Below, piece by piece: positions 1 to 11,750 of a DNA stretch of 42,256 nt. Source of the stretch: Perkinsus chesapeaki ATCC PRA-425. Lineage: Eukaryota; Protista; Perkinsozoa. The stretch lies in assembly GCA_013115145.1 (NCBI GenBank), contig JAAPAO010000290.1, positions 1 to 42,256 of the forward strand. Direction: 5' to 3'. The notes under the pieces are model-generated. The model saw only the letters and a list, made by a program, of their open reading frames with translations. It was not told the DNA's origin and made no database searches. Both the position numbers and the translations under genes were made by a program. The stretch's first letter is position 1. The number at the start of each line of letters is the position of its first letter.

Positions 1-348
1 TAACTTTCTACTCTACATTAATACCAACCTGCGGTAGCATCATGCTGTGTGACTCGCTAGCAGTAAGCCACTCCTTTAGTTTTCGTGTTAGGTGGTTTGT
101 ACTGAAAACTTTTCAGTGAAAACCGTAAAAGCTTTTCACGAAGTTCATAGCACGCAAGTCAAAAATTCTAGGCCTTGCGTTCAAAGTGCACCGCTCATAA
201 AAGAGCTAAGTGCAAGTGCACACCCGAATGTGGGCTGGATAAAGCCCTGGTCAAGAAGGGACGACTTTTGTCATACTAGCAAAGCAACACCAGTCATCAG
301 AACTTCTGATTCAGAAGCCGCCTCGTTCTGTAGCTACTCTGTTGACTG

Positions 349-373
349 GTCACCTGGTGAGTCACCAGGTGAC
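349..373. repeat. Palindrome with 12-bp arms and 1-nt centre
   Basis: GTCACCTGGTGA-g-TCACCAGGTGAC, set in a GTCAC/GTGAC-rich patch at about 345-395. Confidence 0.9.
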
Positions 374-962
374 TGGTGACCGTCACCGGTCACTGGTGCA
401 CTGCAATGATAGAGTTGATGATGATAATGAAACGAGGCGCTTCTAGGACCACTTCTGACCAGAATCCGCAAACCTTTGCATCCGACGGCGTAAGAAACCG
501 TCTCCAAGACGAATCTAATACAATGCAAAATGGATCGGGCTACTATGCTCCCTCTTCACGTGAAAAGTGAGATGACGCGACACCAACGATAGACTTTATC
601 GGATGGGCACCTCATATGCTGAATTCCTCATACAACATATTTAGCGTACCACTGGCATCGCTGTCATATTCAACAGCACTGTGGGTCACAGACTACTCCA
701 TTGATGGGAGCAAGAAAATGAGCCGATCCGCAATAGTTGCAGAACTGACAGTTACCACTCGCATAGTCTGGGACACGGATCCCATGGCCAGTCTCCACAA
801 GAGATTCGGCTGGGTATAACAAAAAGACGAAACTGCCGACCAGAGGGAGGACGACGCCTAAGTTGAGGATGAGCATTACAAGGAGGGATATTGAAAATCA
901 CCTGGAAATGATTATTGCTGTAGCATCTTATAGCGCTACATCGAGTAGTACTCGATAATATA

Positions 963-1001
963 TGTCACTATGGGGTACTCGACGAGTACCCCGTAGTGAC
1001 A
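963..1001. repeat. Near-perfect palindrome with 19-bp arms and 1-nt centre
   Basis: TGTCACTATGGGGTACTCG-a-CGAGTACCCCGTAGTGACA; one mismatch (T-G). Confidence 0.9.
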
Positions 1002-1859
1002 ACCCGACTCTAAACACTTTAGAGGTACTTTTTTGCTAACTTTAAGGAAGTGGGGCTCATTGCGGCTTGCTCGGACAGAATATATCAATCACAGCGCCTA
1101 TAAATACTCAGTGTTCACATAAAGTTCTACTACACGCAAGAGCACCGCCTGAACTAAGCGCAGTGCAGCCATGGCGCGGCGCATCGCTTTCTAGGGTCGA
1201 TAAGCCGCTTGCGGAGAAGCAGGATGTCGGGCATACGAGCACTCAAAAGTAGATAACAACGAACAAGAGACCAGCACCGGCTGAGCGAGGCTGCTGAAGT
1301 CCCCAGACTAGCCTCTCTGTCTCGAGATCTCGAGCAAGCAGAAGGCGAATGGGTAGACAGCACTGCTGTCACAGCAAGAGCAGAGTCGCATAATCTTGGC
1401 AAGTGGCACAGCGGCCATGCTCCTCCGATCGATGCACTGCCAAGTAATTGACGCGGTTATCGTTTCTTCAGTGAACCTTTCTGACGTGAGAAGGCACGGC
1501 TAGGTTATCAATCGCGCTTCTCCGGGGAGCGAATACATTGGAGCCAGTTTTTGGATATCAGGCCATGTCACTTAAGCCGTTTAGTTCTTTCGATAGCGGT
1601 TAGGGGCTTTGAGTCACTTCAAGAAGTTACATCTGACTCGCACAGGACGATACCTTAAGTGAGTGCGACAGCTGCTTATATGGGAATGTAGAAACGTCTT
1701 ATCACAATAACCACTAAACTCGAGGTGTGGGACAGCAGTTGCAGACTGGCTCAACGATGTCGAGCAATTACTTAGGAGGGAGACCTTCAGAGATGTCGGC
1801 AATAAATACCTTGTGTTTGAATTTATCTTAGACTCTACTCGTCTCAGATGGGTATTTCC

Positions 1860-1871
1860 TGTCACGTGACA
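1860..1871. repeat. 12-bp perfect palindrome TGTCACGTGACA
   Basis: Read directly from the sequence. Confidence 0.85.
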
Positions 1872-2128
1872 CTGTGATGGTGTGGTGTCATGTTAGCTGG
1901 ATTCCCTCAATGAATTACCGAAAGCTTACCACGCCGATCTCGGGTAGACCACACTCGTCAAACATAGGTCGCCCGGGTTATGCGAACACGAAATTAAGTT
2001 AAAAACCTTTCTGGTATTCTTCGATATACAATCGGTCACCAATTGTTAGTGTTCATAAGAGAGTTCACAATACGTACAATGTTTGCAGGACCCACGTCGG
2101 CACGTAGTTACATCATTCATCATCGTAC

Positions 2129-2145
2129 TGTCACGAGTCGTGACA
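2129..2145. repeat. Palindrome with 8-bp arms and 1-nt centre
   Basis: TGTCACGA-g-TCGTGACA. Confidence 0.85.
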
Positions 2146-2384
2146 CAATATGCGATCAGATACCCTGACAAATACTTATATAAGTACTTTGCGAGCAAAC
2201 CCAGGGTGACCCGGGAATCACAAGTTGGATACTAGACGACTTGTAATATGTCAACATTTATCGGTTTAAGCCAGTTATTGTTTTGACTTCAGTGTAGATA
2301 TAGGACCCGCAATTTCACAAAAAGCATCGTATTATTACCCGAGTGCTTTCTCCCGAGCGGCAGAGTGTCAAACACCCAAATTGG

Positions 2385-2410
2385 AACCCGCAACCCGCAA
2401 CCCGCAACCC
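2385..2410 (+). repeat. Short tandem repeat (AACCCGC) x about 3.7
   Basis: aacccgc-aacccgc-aacccgc-aaccc. Confidence 0.85.
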
Positions 2411-2950
2411 TCGAGCCGTTCGCTGGTGCCTGGTTTTCCAATTCCGAGTTATATTGTGGGCGGCTAGCCCGATGTGCTGCCACACAGCGCATCACAAGCT
2501 GCTCATGTCCCGCACCATGAAGACTTACGTAGCATGCTCAGGGCAGTCGTCCCCAAGTAAACTGGGTCAACTACGTGCACTCACCCAGAATATTCTGCAG
2601 GCCGAAGGCGATGGCTCGTTGCGTTTATTCGTGAAAGTTCTTTACTGAACAGGGTGCTTTAACCTCGAGTCCCATTCTCCCCATAAACACCGGTTTCAGA
2701 GACGACCACCTGAACGTGTCTTGCTACGCGTAGGGCTTTCCGAACACCTGCTTATGTGAGTGATAGCTGTAACCCTTCCATGAGGAGGATGTATGACTGC
2801 AGAACACAAGGCATTAAGATCAGTGAATAGCACTATGAATTCACGTTAGGTCATCCTTGCCAGATCTTGAACCGCAATGAGCGGCAAAAAGAAGAAGAGA
2901 TAACCGAAGGAAACTAGGAAAATATACCAGTGGCCTTAGACCACGTAATA

Positions 2951-3856
2951 TTAATCCACTTGGCATCCCCACAACATCTTGAAGCGAGGAACCAGTACAG
3001 CAAGTAGAGCACCAGAACAACCCAAGTATACCGACTTCACAGCAAAGCCAGCGTAGAGGCCGCTGAGACCTCTTGTGGAGTAGATGTTACGAGCAGTCTT
3101 GAAGACATCAGTGACACCAGAGACGAGATAGCTAGCATTTAATTTGGGACGAGGAACTGCCGGGTTGAAGGTATCAGTGATAGCCTGCTTCTGAATAACT
3201 GTTCTGACAACATCTGTCCAACAATTCAGAACAACTCCGAACACACCGGCACCAAAGCCTGCTAGAGAATCAGTAAGGGGACCGTCAAAGCCCAACGCTT
3301 GCCGGGTGACCTTCTTGCATTTATCCAAGGACATGAAGTAGCCAGCAGACCAGATGAATTGCCGCAGTTGCATACCACCGAAACCAAGGTAGAGGCCGGC
3401 AACGCCTCGAGTTTTCCATAAATGAGAAATAACTTCAGACGTGCTTTTAAACCGCCCGGCTGCGTCGAGCTGCATTGCCAATTTGGCATTCTCGAACGGA
3501 GATATAACAATCATCTCGGGAATAGTGGCGACACCGCCAGCGATGCCTTTGGTTAAGGAACTGCCATCACTTTGCTTCTTACCGAATAAGACCTTGTGAC
3601 AAATCGGTTGGAGCCAAAATTTGATGGACCGTGAGAAAGTAGCTCGGGCCATTTCGGCACCGATGCCCTTCGAGACGAAACCCTTCATGCCGTGCGCCGC
3701 GTAGAAGTCCTTCATGAGAGTCGGTATGCTGGTCTTAACCCCAGAGGCTTGGGACATAGCCATGGCACGGACTATGTCGACCGGATAGAGGGTAACAGCA
3801 GTCACTACAGCAGCACCAGTTACTGGTGGTAGTGATATTAAAGCTGCTAGGGACAT
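2951..3856 (-). CDS. Mitochondrial carrier family (SLC25) protein, 2-oxodicarboxylate-carrier-like, 301 aa, intronless
   Basis: Three repeats with carrier signatures PVDIVR, PFENAK and a degenerate WTDVVR; GxxGLYxG motifs. RQFIWSAGYF and SIKF resemble ODC-type contact points. Substrate assignment is an inference. Confidence 0.9.
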   Translation of the reverse strand: MSLAALISLPPVTGAAVVTAVTLYPVDIVRAMAMSQASGVKTSIPTLMKDFYAAHGMKGFVSKGIGAEMARATFSRSIKFWLQPICHKVLFGKKQSDGSSLTKGIAGGVATIPEMIVISPFENAKLAMQLDAAGRFKSTSEVISHLWKTRGVAGLYLGFGGMQLRQFIWSAGYFMSLDKCKKVTRQALGFDGPLTDSLAGFGAGVFGVVLNCWTDVVRTVIQKQAITDTFNPAVPRPKLNASYLVSGVTDVFKTARNIYSTRGLSGLYAGFAVKSVYLGCSGALLAVLVPRFKMLWGCQVD

Positions 3857-4193
3857 TGTAGAGAAACGGGAAAACTGAAATAGGTAAAGATATAGTAGAG
3901 ATGTTGGTAAATGTGACAGTGGTGAACAACTCTGAAGAGGTGCTCCGATAAATGCAAGAAAATTGCAGGTAAAGATGCAACTTCATCGAAAATCTTTAGG
4001 CGGCTCGTTCATTAGATCTGTGAACGCGATTTACCCAAAACGAGTTCCGAAACCGGTTCTGAGTTTCGAAACCAGTTTATTGAACGACCCGAGGAAGCAC
4101 TTTCCACGAATTTCTCAGGCAGTCTTTAACTTGTATGGATATAAGGCCTTGCCTCACCTTTTCAACGTAGTTGTTTGCACGCTTGTCAATTAA

Positions 4194-7100
4194 ATGGTTG
4201 TTTTTGGTGACGAAAATAAGGGGCGGCGGAAAGGAGCTGAGCTGCTCCTCTCGAGGGATGCCACTACTATTAGTTGCTCTATTGAAGCGAAAAACGAATC
4301 TTTGAAGCGAAATTGGAAGCCTCCGGGCAAAATACCAATAATAACACAAAGCGATTTCAACAGCTTGATGGCAACTGGAGCTTTCCATGAGGATCAGACG
4401 CGGTTACGTGCGGTTGTTGAAGCTGTATCGAATGCACCTAAAAGAAAGGGCGTTACAGGAAAACGGAGTCCACCAGTATCCAAGGGCAGAGGCAAACCCG
4501 AAATAAGAGGTGTTGGTAGGAATAGCAAGGACATAGTGAGCAAAACACAGACCAGGAAGGCACCCGCGCCGGTGAGAGAGGCACGACCTGCTCCGCAAAG
4601 CAAAGTAAAGGCAGTCGCCACGTCAAGAGCCGCACCTAAGAAGGCCTCACCGGCGAAAAGGTCAGCGCCTACACTAAAAGCGGCGGGGGCCCGGAGATCG
4701 CCTCCGAAAGAAAAGGAAGCGCCGGCGAAAGAAACACAAGGGCAGGAACCGCGTATCACGGAAAATCGGACGCCGACGAGAGAGTCGGTGAAAGAGGGTC
4801 CGGGTAAAGTGGTGGCGGTGGGGGAGGACACCGGAGAAGTGGACAACACCCTGTCGGAGGCAAACAAACAAATTGACATGAAAACGTTCTATCTCGGAGG
4901 CACTTGTGAGACAGAGGAAGAGGCAAACGAACGAGAGAGACTAAAGCAGCAAAGGTGGGGAGGGGTGGGGGAATCTCTGGGACCAGCCTGGCAACGCGAT
5001 GGGGAGTAGCATGTGTAGCCCTGGCCCGGTCAAGGAATGATGGTATCGGTCATTCGTCCAGTTCAATTGTTAGGGAAGAGGGGCTCCTTATCGAAAGGAC
5101 GAAGGACAGGTTTTCACCTTGGGCGCTTAGAATGCAAAGCTTGCCACCACTCAATAAACAGGTCTCGCACCAGAATTCAGATAGCTATGGTCAGAACTGA
5201 CCATAGCTATGCAGCCGGTCTGGTAGACAGGAACGCTGTACATGGATGCCTGAATAGGTACCGAGACGAGCTCGAGGCTCAGCTGGCAGAACGGCTCGCA
5301 GAATCTGGCAAACGGCGGATGAGCTGCAGCAGGAGCACCCAAGCCCACACCACCGATGGCAGCAACGGTGGGGCAGCGCTCTCCTCCGACTCGCCGTGCA
5401 GTATGACGAGTTTCGGAGTGCATTCCAGCGATGAACAAAGAGAAGAGAAAGAGAAACAAGTGAGAAGGAATTCACATTTAGATATTCAGTGTAACCTTAG
5501 GCGCGCCTGAGGGCCATTCTCGATCAGCAGATCGCCGAGCAAACGGAGATACGAATCCGTTTAGAAGCAGTAGGTTGATATTGCACTCCGGTGAGCGGCT
5601 AGGTTGATACTCAGGAGAAACGGGCAAGGGAAGAAGCCGACGAGGAAAGAGTTCGAAGAGAACTTGTCGAGATTGCTGCGATGGAGACCCACCATCATCA
5701 GCCCACACAGCGGTCCATCGAACAACAACCGAGCAGCCAGGGTCACCTTACAGCGGGAAGTCCTTGTCCAGTAGAGCAGGTAGCTGTCCGTTCCCCTCCT
5801 CGACATGAAGCTAACTCTCCTCCCACTACTCGCTCACCCGACGCATCGGCGCATCCCCGAACGGCGAGCTCGCAAGCTGTACCCACGGCAGCAAGGGTAC
5901 CACTCCAACAGTCGTCTCAACGTCTAGGCGTGGTTTATGCGCCAGCGTACTTAGTCACTCAAACTCCTCACGGTGCGACAGTTCGACCAATTTCACAATC
6001 GTTGGCGGTCCCCGTGTTACGGTCGATACCACAGCTCAACCTGCCGGCTAGACCATACGTTACGCGCTCACTTGATAGAGTCAATACGCAAATGCAGTAC
6101 TTTGCTGGCAACCTCAACAGCTTATGCGGTCAATTTGGCCAGAAGCCCACAGCGGTAGAACGAAGCCTCAGGGGCACCACTCGACTGGTAGAATCGCCCT
6201 CTCCCAGTGCAAAACGGGGCTACGTGGTGCCAAGGAGCGGCAGGGCGGACAGCCCCATCGTCGACTCCTTGAGCTCATCGGTAGTCGTGGATAACAACAA
6301 CAAGGAGATGCAATTCTTCTTGCGGGAGAACGTCGGAAAGGCTCCGGGTCGATGGGGCGGAGGGCAGCCAAAGGCTGATGACGACACCAGCTCCCCCGAA
6401 GGTAGCGCAGGTGCAGCTGCGCCAGTCTAATGTATTTGTTTGCAGGGTCAGATGATGCCAGCAGGGCGGATACGGCACGAGGAGGATTAATAACAGAGCG
6501 CAGCATGGCGAACATCAGCAAGTTTATTAGCACCGATTCAATGATGGACACTTGGACGTCAGACAAGCGGCCGAACTCCTCCCAGCAGAGTGAGGAGCCT
6601 CTTCCAGATAGATATTCTTCATAGTGCGTAATTGATGCTCTCAGGCAGTCTTAACGATACTCCAAGGCTCGAGACTCCACCACCCGAGCTCGAGGAGCCC
6701 CCTATCAGGGAGGAAGCATCAGTGATCGAGGCCGTCGAGGATGATAGTGATGAATGTCTCAATTTGGAGAACTCTCCCGTGCAAGAAGAGGAGTCCACCG
6801 AGGAGCTTGATGCTGACCTCCTCGATGAGGTAAGCGCGGTCAGTAACCGCTCCCTTACCTTACACCTCCTCAGTCTCGTCAAAGTTCACATTGCTCATTT
6901 ATCGACGGGCCCAGCATCTCGCTCGCGGACAGCCTCAGCTTCCTTATGATGGACGAGCGTTGGTCAAGCTGTCATTACACTGCGTTTATAGCGACTGTCC
7001 TGCAAACCGAGGAGCTGAAGTGTCGGCATGAGATAGCTGAAGTGAGCGCACTTCATTCGGTTCTCTACAAAGCATCCTCGTTCCTCAGACCCTCTCCGTT

Positions 7101-7456
7101 CTCCGAGACCGCGCCATCATTATCGAACAGGTATGTTGACGCCTGTGGTCTGTGCGACGTGGAGTTATCAGATATCTTCATCGAGTGGAGATGATTGCAG
7201 TTCAGACTACTCCAGTGAATCTAGCTTCCTTCAACAACTATCCGACGACACTGGTCTTGCTGCGATCTTTGAAGACGAGGAATCAGACAACGATGATCTT
7301 CCCGCTGGCCCCTTCCTGAAGCTCAGTGGATCTCCAGAGGAATCAGGTTCCATCGGCGGCAGTCCTCTCGTCACAGAGCGGCACGCGGCAGCCTCATTCA
7401 CCGAGGAAGCTGCCGGCACTGGCGGCTGGTCCGAGTCCAGTGGTACACTTGAATGA
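4194..7456 (+). CDS. Large multi-exon hypothetical protein with low-complexity and coiled-coil segments
   Basis: ORFs 4194-5009, 5037-5510, 5681-6430, 6430-6624, 6632-6949 and 7133-7456 can be linked through short GT-AG introns (e.g. gtgcagc...tttgcag at about 6411-6445). No domain recognised; it could be two genes. Confidence 0.55.
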
Positions 7457-7629
7457 AACCGTTTAGCTACTGTCGTCCGTACTCTTACTATTGAAGCATT
7501 GCAATCGTTAGTGTATCGTGCGTCGTGTTTACTAGTTAACAAAACAACAAGATGTGATATGCAAGGAACTTGGTATTTTAAACAAGCGCTGTGGGCTGAT
7601 GATAAATGGTATTTTATATTGGAATGAGA

Positions 7630-8474
7630 TTAGTTGCTTTTCTCGGCCTCTTTGATCTGTTTGAAGATCTTATCAATACGAACACTGAGGTCCTCTGCCT
7701 GCCGTACCAGCTCCTTCCGAGCAGCCTTTGCGGGCTCTTTCCCTGAAAAAGAACTTCCGAAAGGAGCAAGTGTTGCCTGACGCTTACCAGAATGGAGATG
7801 GACGGTCTCCACGGAATCTATGCCGTTGAACTGGAGCTTGTCAAGTCTGAAAGGAATGCCTTTGAGCCTTCGAAGGAGTAGCGAAGCTCACCTGGCCTCT
7901 ATCTGTGCCAAGACATCCTTGGCCTTTCCGATAGACATCTCGCCGGAGATCAGCTCTTGTTCGGTGTCGGTAACCTAGAAAGATAGGACTTCATCATACC
8001 ACTGGACAGATCGGCTTACCTCTCGTTCGACTTGCTGGAGAGCGGCCTCTAGTTGATCTAGATGCCCAAGAGTCTTTGCACTTAACACAGAGAATGATTT
8101 CATAAACTTAGCAGCTGGATCATTATCAGCGAACTCTTTACTCTAAAGATGATGATGCATATCCTGCATATCGAAAAGTGCCGACATGCATCCCTCACCA
8201 TATCAACTTGCTTTCCCTCCTCTGTACGCTGCAGCTCATCATCAGGCTCCGAATCCTCGTTGTCCTTTGGGCTCAACGAAGGTACTGATGCCGCGTCACA
8301 GCTGCTGGCTTCAGGGCGTGCTGGAGCAGCGGACGAGGGCGCAGCAGTGGTCGGGGTGGGATGATGATGAGCACGACGATGATGACGTCGCTTGCTGTGG
8401 ATTCGGGGATCCTGATTGCTGCTGCTGTGATCTCCAGCGTAGTGATAGTAGGCGGCTCGATCGTCACTCGCCAT
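7630..8474 (-). CDS. 5-exon protein with a C-terminal BAG-domain-like helical bundle
   Basis: Hand splicing gives MASDDRAA...GKQVDM/SKEFADNDPAAKFMKSF...QVERE/VTDTEQ...IEAR/LDKLQFNGIDSVETVHLHS/GKEPAKAARKELVRQAEDLSVRIDK...; LDxV...ARKELVR is reminiscent of BAG helices 2-3. Confidence 0.65.
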
Positions 8475-8846
8475 TATTTTATTGATATTCAGAAGAACTA
8501 GTTTACTGTGAAAAGCAGGGAGATAACGACCAGACGCTATAAGAGGAAATATAAAGGGAATTGCAGTACTGTAAAACTCAGGGCTAGTTGCACTAGCCAC
8601 CGACAGAGAATACACAGAGACTTTTAACTCAACAACGGCATAGTAGATACAAGTCATTATACTGAAAATAACTTGATGATAGTATTTCAACGATAACCCT
8701 CAACAATAATGATATGCTTCTCGTAATCATAGAGCAACCTATCATATACTGATAATAACAAACTGATAGTAAAAGCATCTAACGATGATGACGGTAGTCA
8801 TCAACGCTTCCATCAGATTCGATCATGAAATGGTCACAGTAGGAAT

Positions 8847-9041
8847 TTACTGATTCTCGAGGGTCTTTCTGGCACCGGCAACATCGCCAAGCACACCCTC
8901 CTTCTTGTAGTTCTCAACCTGCTTGGTAGTAGGATGTCTCAACTCAGTGTGAACCTGCTCCTTTCGGGGACTAGGAGGGTCTCTCCTAGGAGCCTTATCA
9001 AGCTTCTGCTGAAGAGGACGACTGTAGTAAGCGGTATCCAT
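8847..9041 (-). CDS. Small hypothetical protein (64 aa, MDTAYYSRP...)
   Basis: ORF with an AG 11 nt upstream of the ATG; no homology recognised. Confidence 0.3.
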   Translation of the reverse strand: MDTAYYSRPLQQKLDKAPRRDPPSPRKEQVHTELRHPTTKQVENYKKEGVLGDVAGARKTLENQ

Positions 9042-9515
9042 TTTAACAATTGCTAACTTTCTTATATAATAATAACTAATGAGAAAAACATAGTACGAAA
9101 GAGTGACCGCACAGAAATCTGCACGCATGCACATACTTCTAAGCTGACCACCCTGAAACGGAACTACTAAGAATGTGCCAATGAGATGTTGGACAAGGTT
9201 TGATAACAGAGCTGAGCTAGACTACAGGATGCAACGAGCTGTGCAACTGTATCATCCCCGGATCTTAGTAACACAAAAGGGGACAGCCGTACCAAATCGG
9301 AATGGGAGTCAAACGCTAAGCGTATGGAGCCGACACATTATACACGACCCTACTTGAACGCAAAGGACAAGAGAGATAAAGAAACCATCAAGTGGCTGTT
9401 ACTTATGATGGCGCTACACTCTGACATACTGAAATAATGCAATTCATCATCATCATCATCACCACCACAGAGCCGACCACCGCTGGACTTGTTCACCGTA
9501 TTTATTATTAGTCTT

Positions 9516-10768
9516 TTATGCCTCATCCCCTATACCAGACATACCCTTCTCAGCAGCGTATCTAATCATGACGAGGTTACACTCACAACTAGCAGTGAGC
9601 TCATGATGACTACTTGTAATGGAGTTCCATCACATCCTGGCCATCCTCGATAATAGTCCATCTGATTAACAGACAATTAAAACCAACACACACTTCCCTC
9701 CGTTTCCGTCTTACCCATCCTTATGAACATGATACACTCTGACGTATCCACCAGAAGCACCATCCTTATTAGTAGCATGATAGATGGCATGTTTAGCCAG
9801 CTCCACTGCATCCTTCAGGAGCATATCGTGCTTGTAGCCGGCATCGAGGATCTAGGTTAACGATACATAGCGGTGGAGAGGCAACAAGAGCTTACACCAT
9901 AGGCGTATGTAGAACCAGAGCCGACTGAGAACATATAGTTCTTAATACGAGTACCTTGGTCATCCACCATATATCTGAAGAAGGGATGACATTCTGATGG
10001 AAAAACCGTATTTACAGAGCAGGGCCAGTATTAGCATCATAACCAGCAATCATGGTACCGCAGGAAAGACCGTATCTAAATTAATACATCTTACTCCAGT
10101 AAACAGAGTTATCATTACCCTTTATAAGAGTACATAATATTAGCAAGCATCTTAGAGGCAGCAGCAGTGGTGACACGCTGGTTGTTTCGAAGCTCGTAGA
10201 GTCTAATAATGTTACGGTGCAAAACACTACAGGGAATGTCTCTAGTACTTGCAGAGCCTTCCAAGATGCCTTTCCCAGAACTGACAGTCAGCAGCACCAC
10301 CAGCCATTGTGCCTTAATAACAAAGTGGCCGATATTCCCTTGCCCTACCAGAAAGTACCGATAAGCCTGTCAGTGATGTGAAGGACCTTCCTAACGGTTT
10401 GGCTGGACACATAGCTTCCCATGGACGCCCTGGAGTCACAGGCTACTATCACACCGTCATCTATTACGAAACCAAGTGTAGTGGTACCTAGTAGCGCCAA
10501 CTTTCCCAGGCACCTTTGCCAATAACTTACCCTTATTGAAGTTCATAAGGCGACCAGAACGGGCCTTGATGTCGGTACAGAAGTTCTGAGGTTGAGCCAC
10601 TGGGGCCAATGCGAACCTTGTCGGCAGTGATTGAGCCTACTAGCGAGTTAAGTGGTAATAGTAGTACCTGTCCATCTCAGCCAGTCCACATGCCTGCTGC
10701 TCCTCCTCTTCCTCATCCACACGGTTTCGACCGGGGAGGGTGAACTTGACAGGAGCGATTACAGACAT
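9516..10768 (-). CDS. PSMB5: 20S proteasome subunit beta type-5 (chymotrypsin-like), multi-exon
   Basis: Propeptide followed by [94 protein letters not shown] and [20 protein letters not shown]. Confidence 0.95.
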
Positions 10769-11750
10769 ACTTAGCAAAAAACAACTAATCGTGATGCTCA
10801 AGGCTACAAAACGAAGGAGGGGACAATTACAGTTAACCTATCACTTAATGAAGTCATAGACCCTCCTAAAGAACACTGGTCCTAGCGGACCGGATATATA
10901 CAAAGGGGATTCATGCTTGCATTTAGCCCAAACATTATGCATTGAAATCACTGCGTGATTCACATCCTTAATCCCTGTAAAGATTTCGAACCTTACACGG
11001 TGTTACCTATCCGACTGCCCCGCGGAAAGGGTATAACCAAGAGTCATGCGCCAAGAAATTACGCGCTCGCCCTTGGCACTGTGAAATGTTTTACGGACGT
11101 TGTGTCACAGGCGCTTGATCTGATCTCTGGCGTGGGGAGGATGTATTGTGATATACTGTTAAGGATGGCAGGAATGCCGGTTTACTCAGGGTGATTGAGA
11201 GTGAATGTGCTTTTAGCCACCACTGGGTAGCAATGCTGTCGAAGATGCGTCGAGGTGGTACATTCGAAAAACACCACCCTCTATCCTCGCTTACTCCTTA
11301 TTATAACGCTCCCTGTTATAGAAATATCCGATATAAAGGGTTTCTAAGATGTTGCTAGTGACCACTTGACGCTCGTAAACAGCCGAGGTTTCGACGATAT
11401 GAATCGTTTTGTATTAGAGGAACGCATCACAGTTACATGTCATTATAGAAGCCTCGAGATGACTTCGGGATGAGACTCCCAGAAAGTAGCTCTATGATTG
11501 ATAATGACGGCTACTATAAAGTGGCGCTCATGTGCGCCTCTACGTCTCAGTATCGTACTGTAAACGAAGCTGGTTATTAATCGAGAGAACGCCCAAGTCG
11601 GACGAATAGCATTAAGCATACAGAGTCAAGAAAATGGTAACTCATTCATTCATGGCCTTTTACACATCGGATAATAAGAGTCGCGAAAGTGGATAAGTGA
11701 ATAACACATCCAGGTCGCGTATTGATAACAAGCTGCCTCTAGAAGCCTTG

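Noticed and set aside
580-820. Possible retroelement integrase relic (IDFIG...HKRFG)
   Set aside because: Motif spacing is too long and there is no recognisable DDE or HHCC; cannot be supported without an HMM search.
4394-4879. 161-aa antisense ORF and similar shadow ORFs (e.g. 15440-15907, 28249-28725)
   Set aside because: They are reverse-strand shadows of low-complexity or GC-rich coding exons.
11655-11663. U5 snRNA loop-1 sequence GCCTTTTAC
   Set aside because: Only a 3-bp flanking stem and no downstream Sm site; probably chance.
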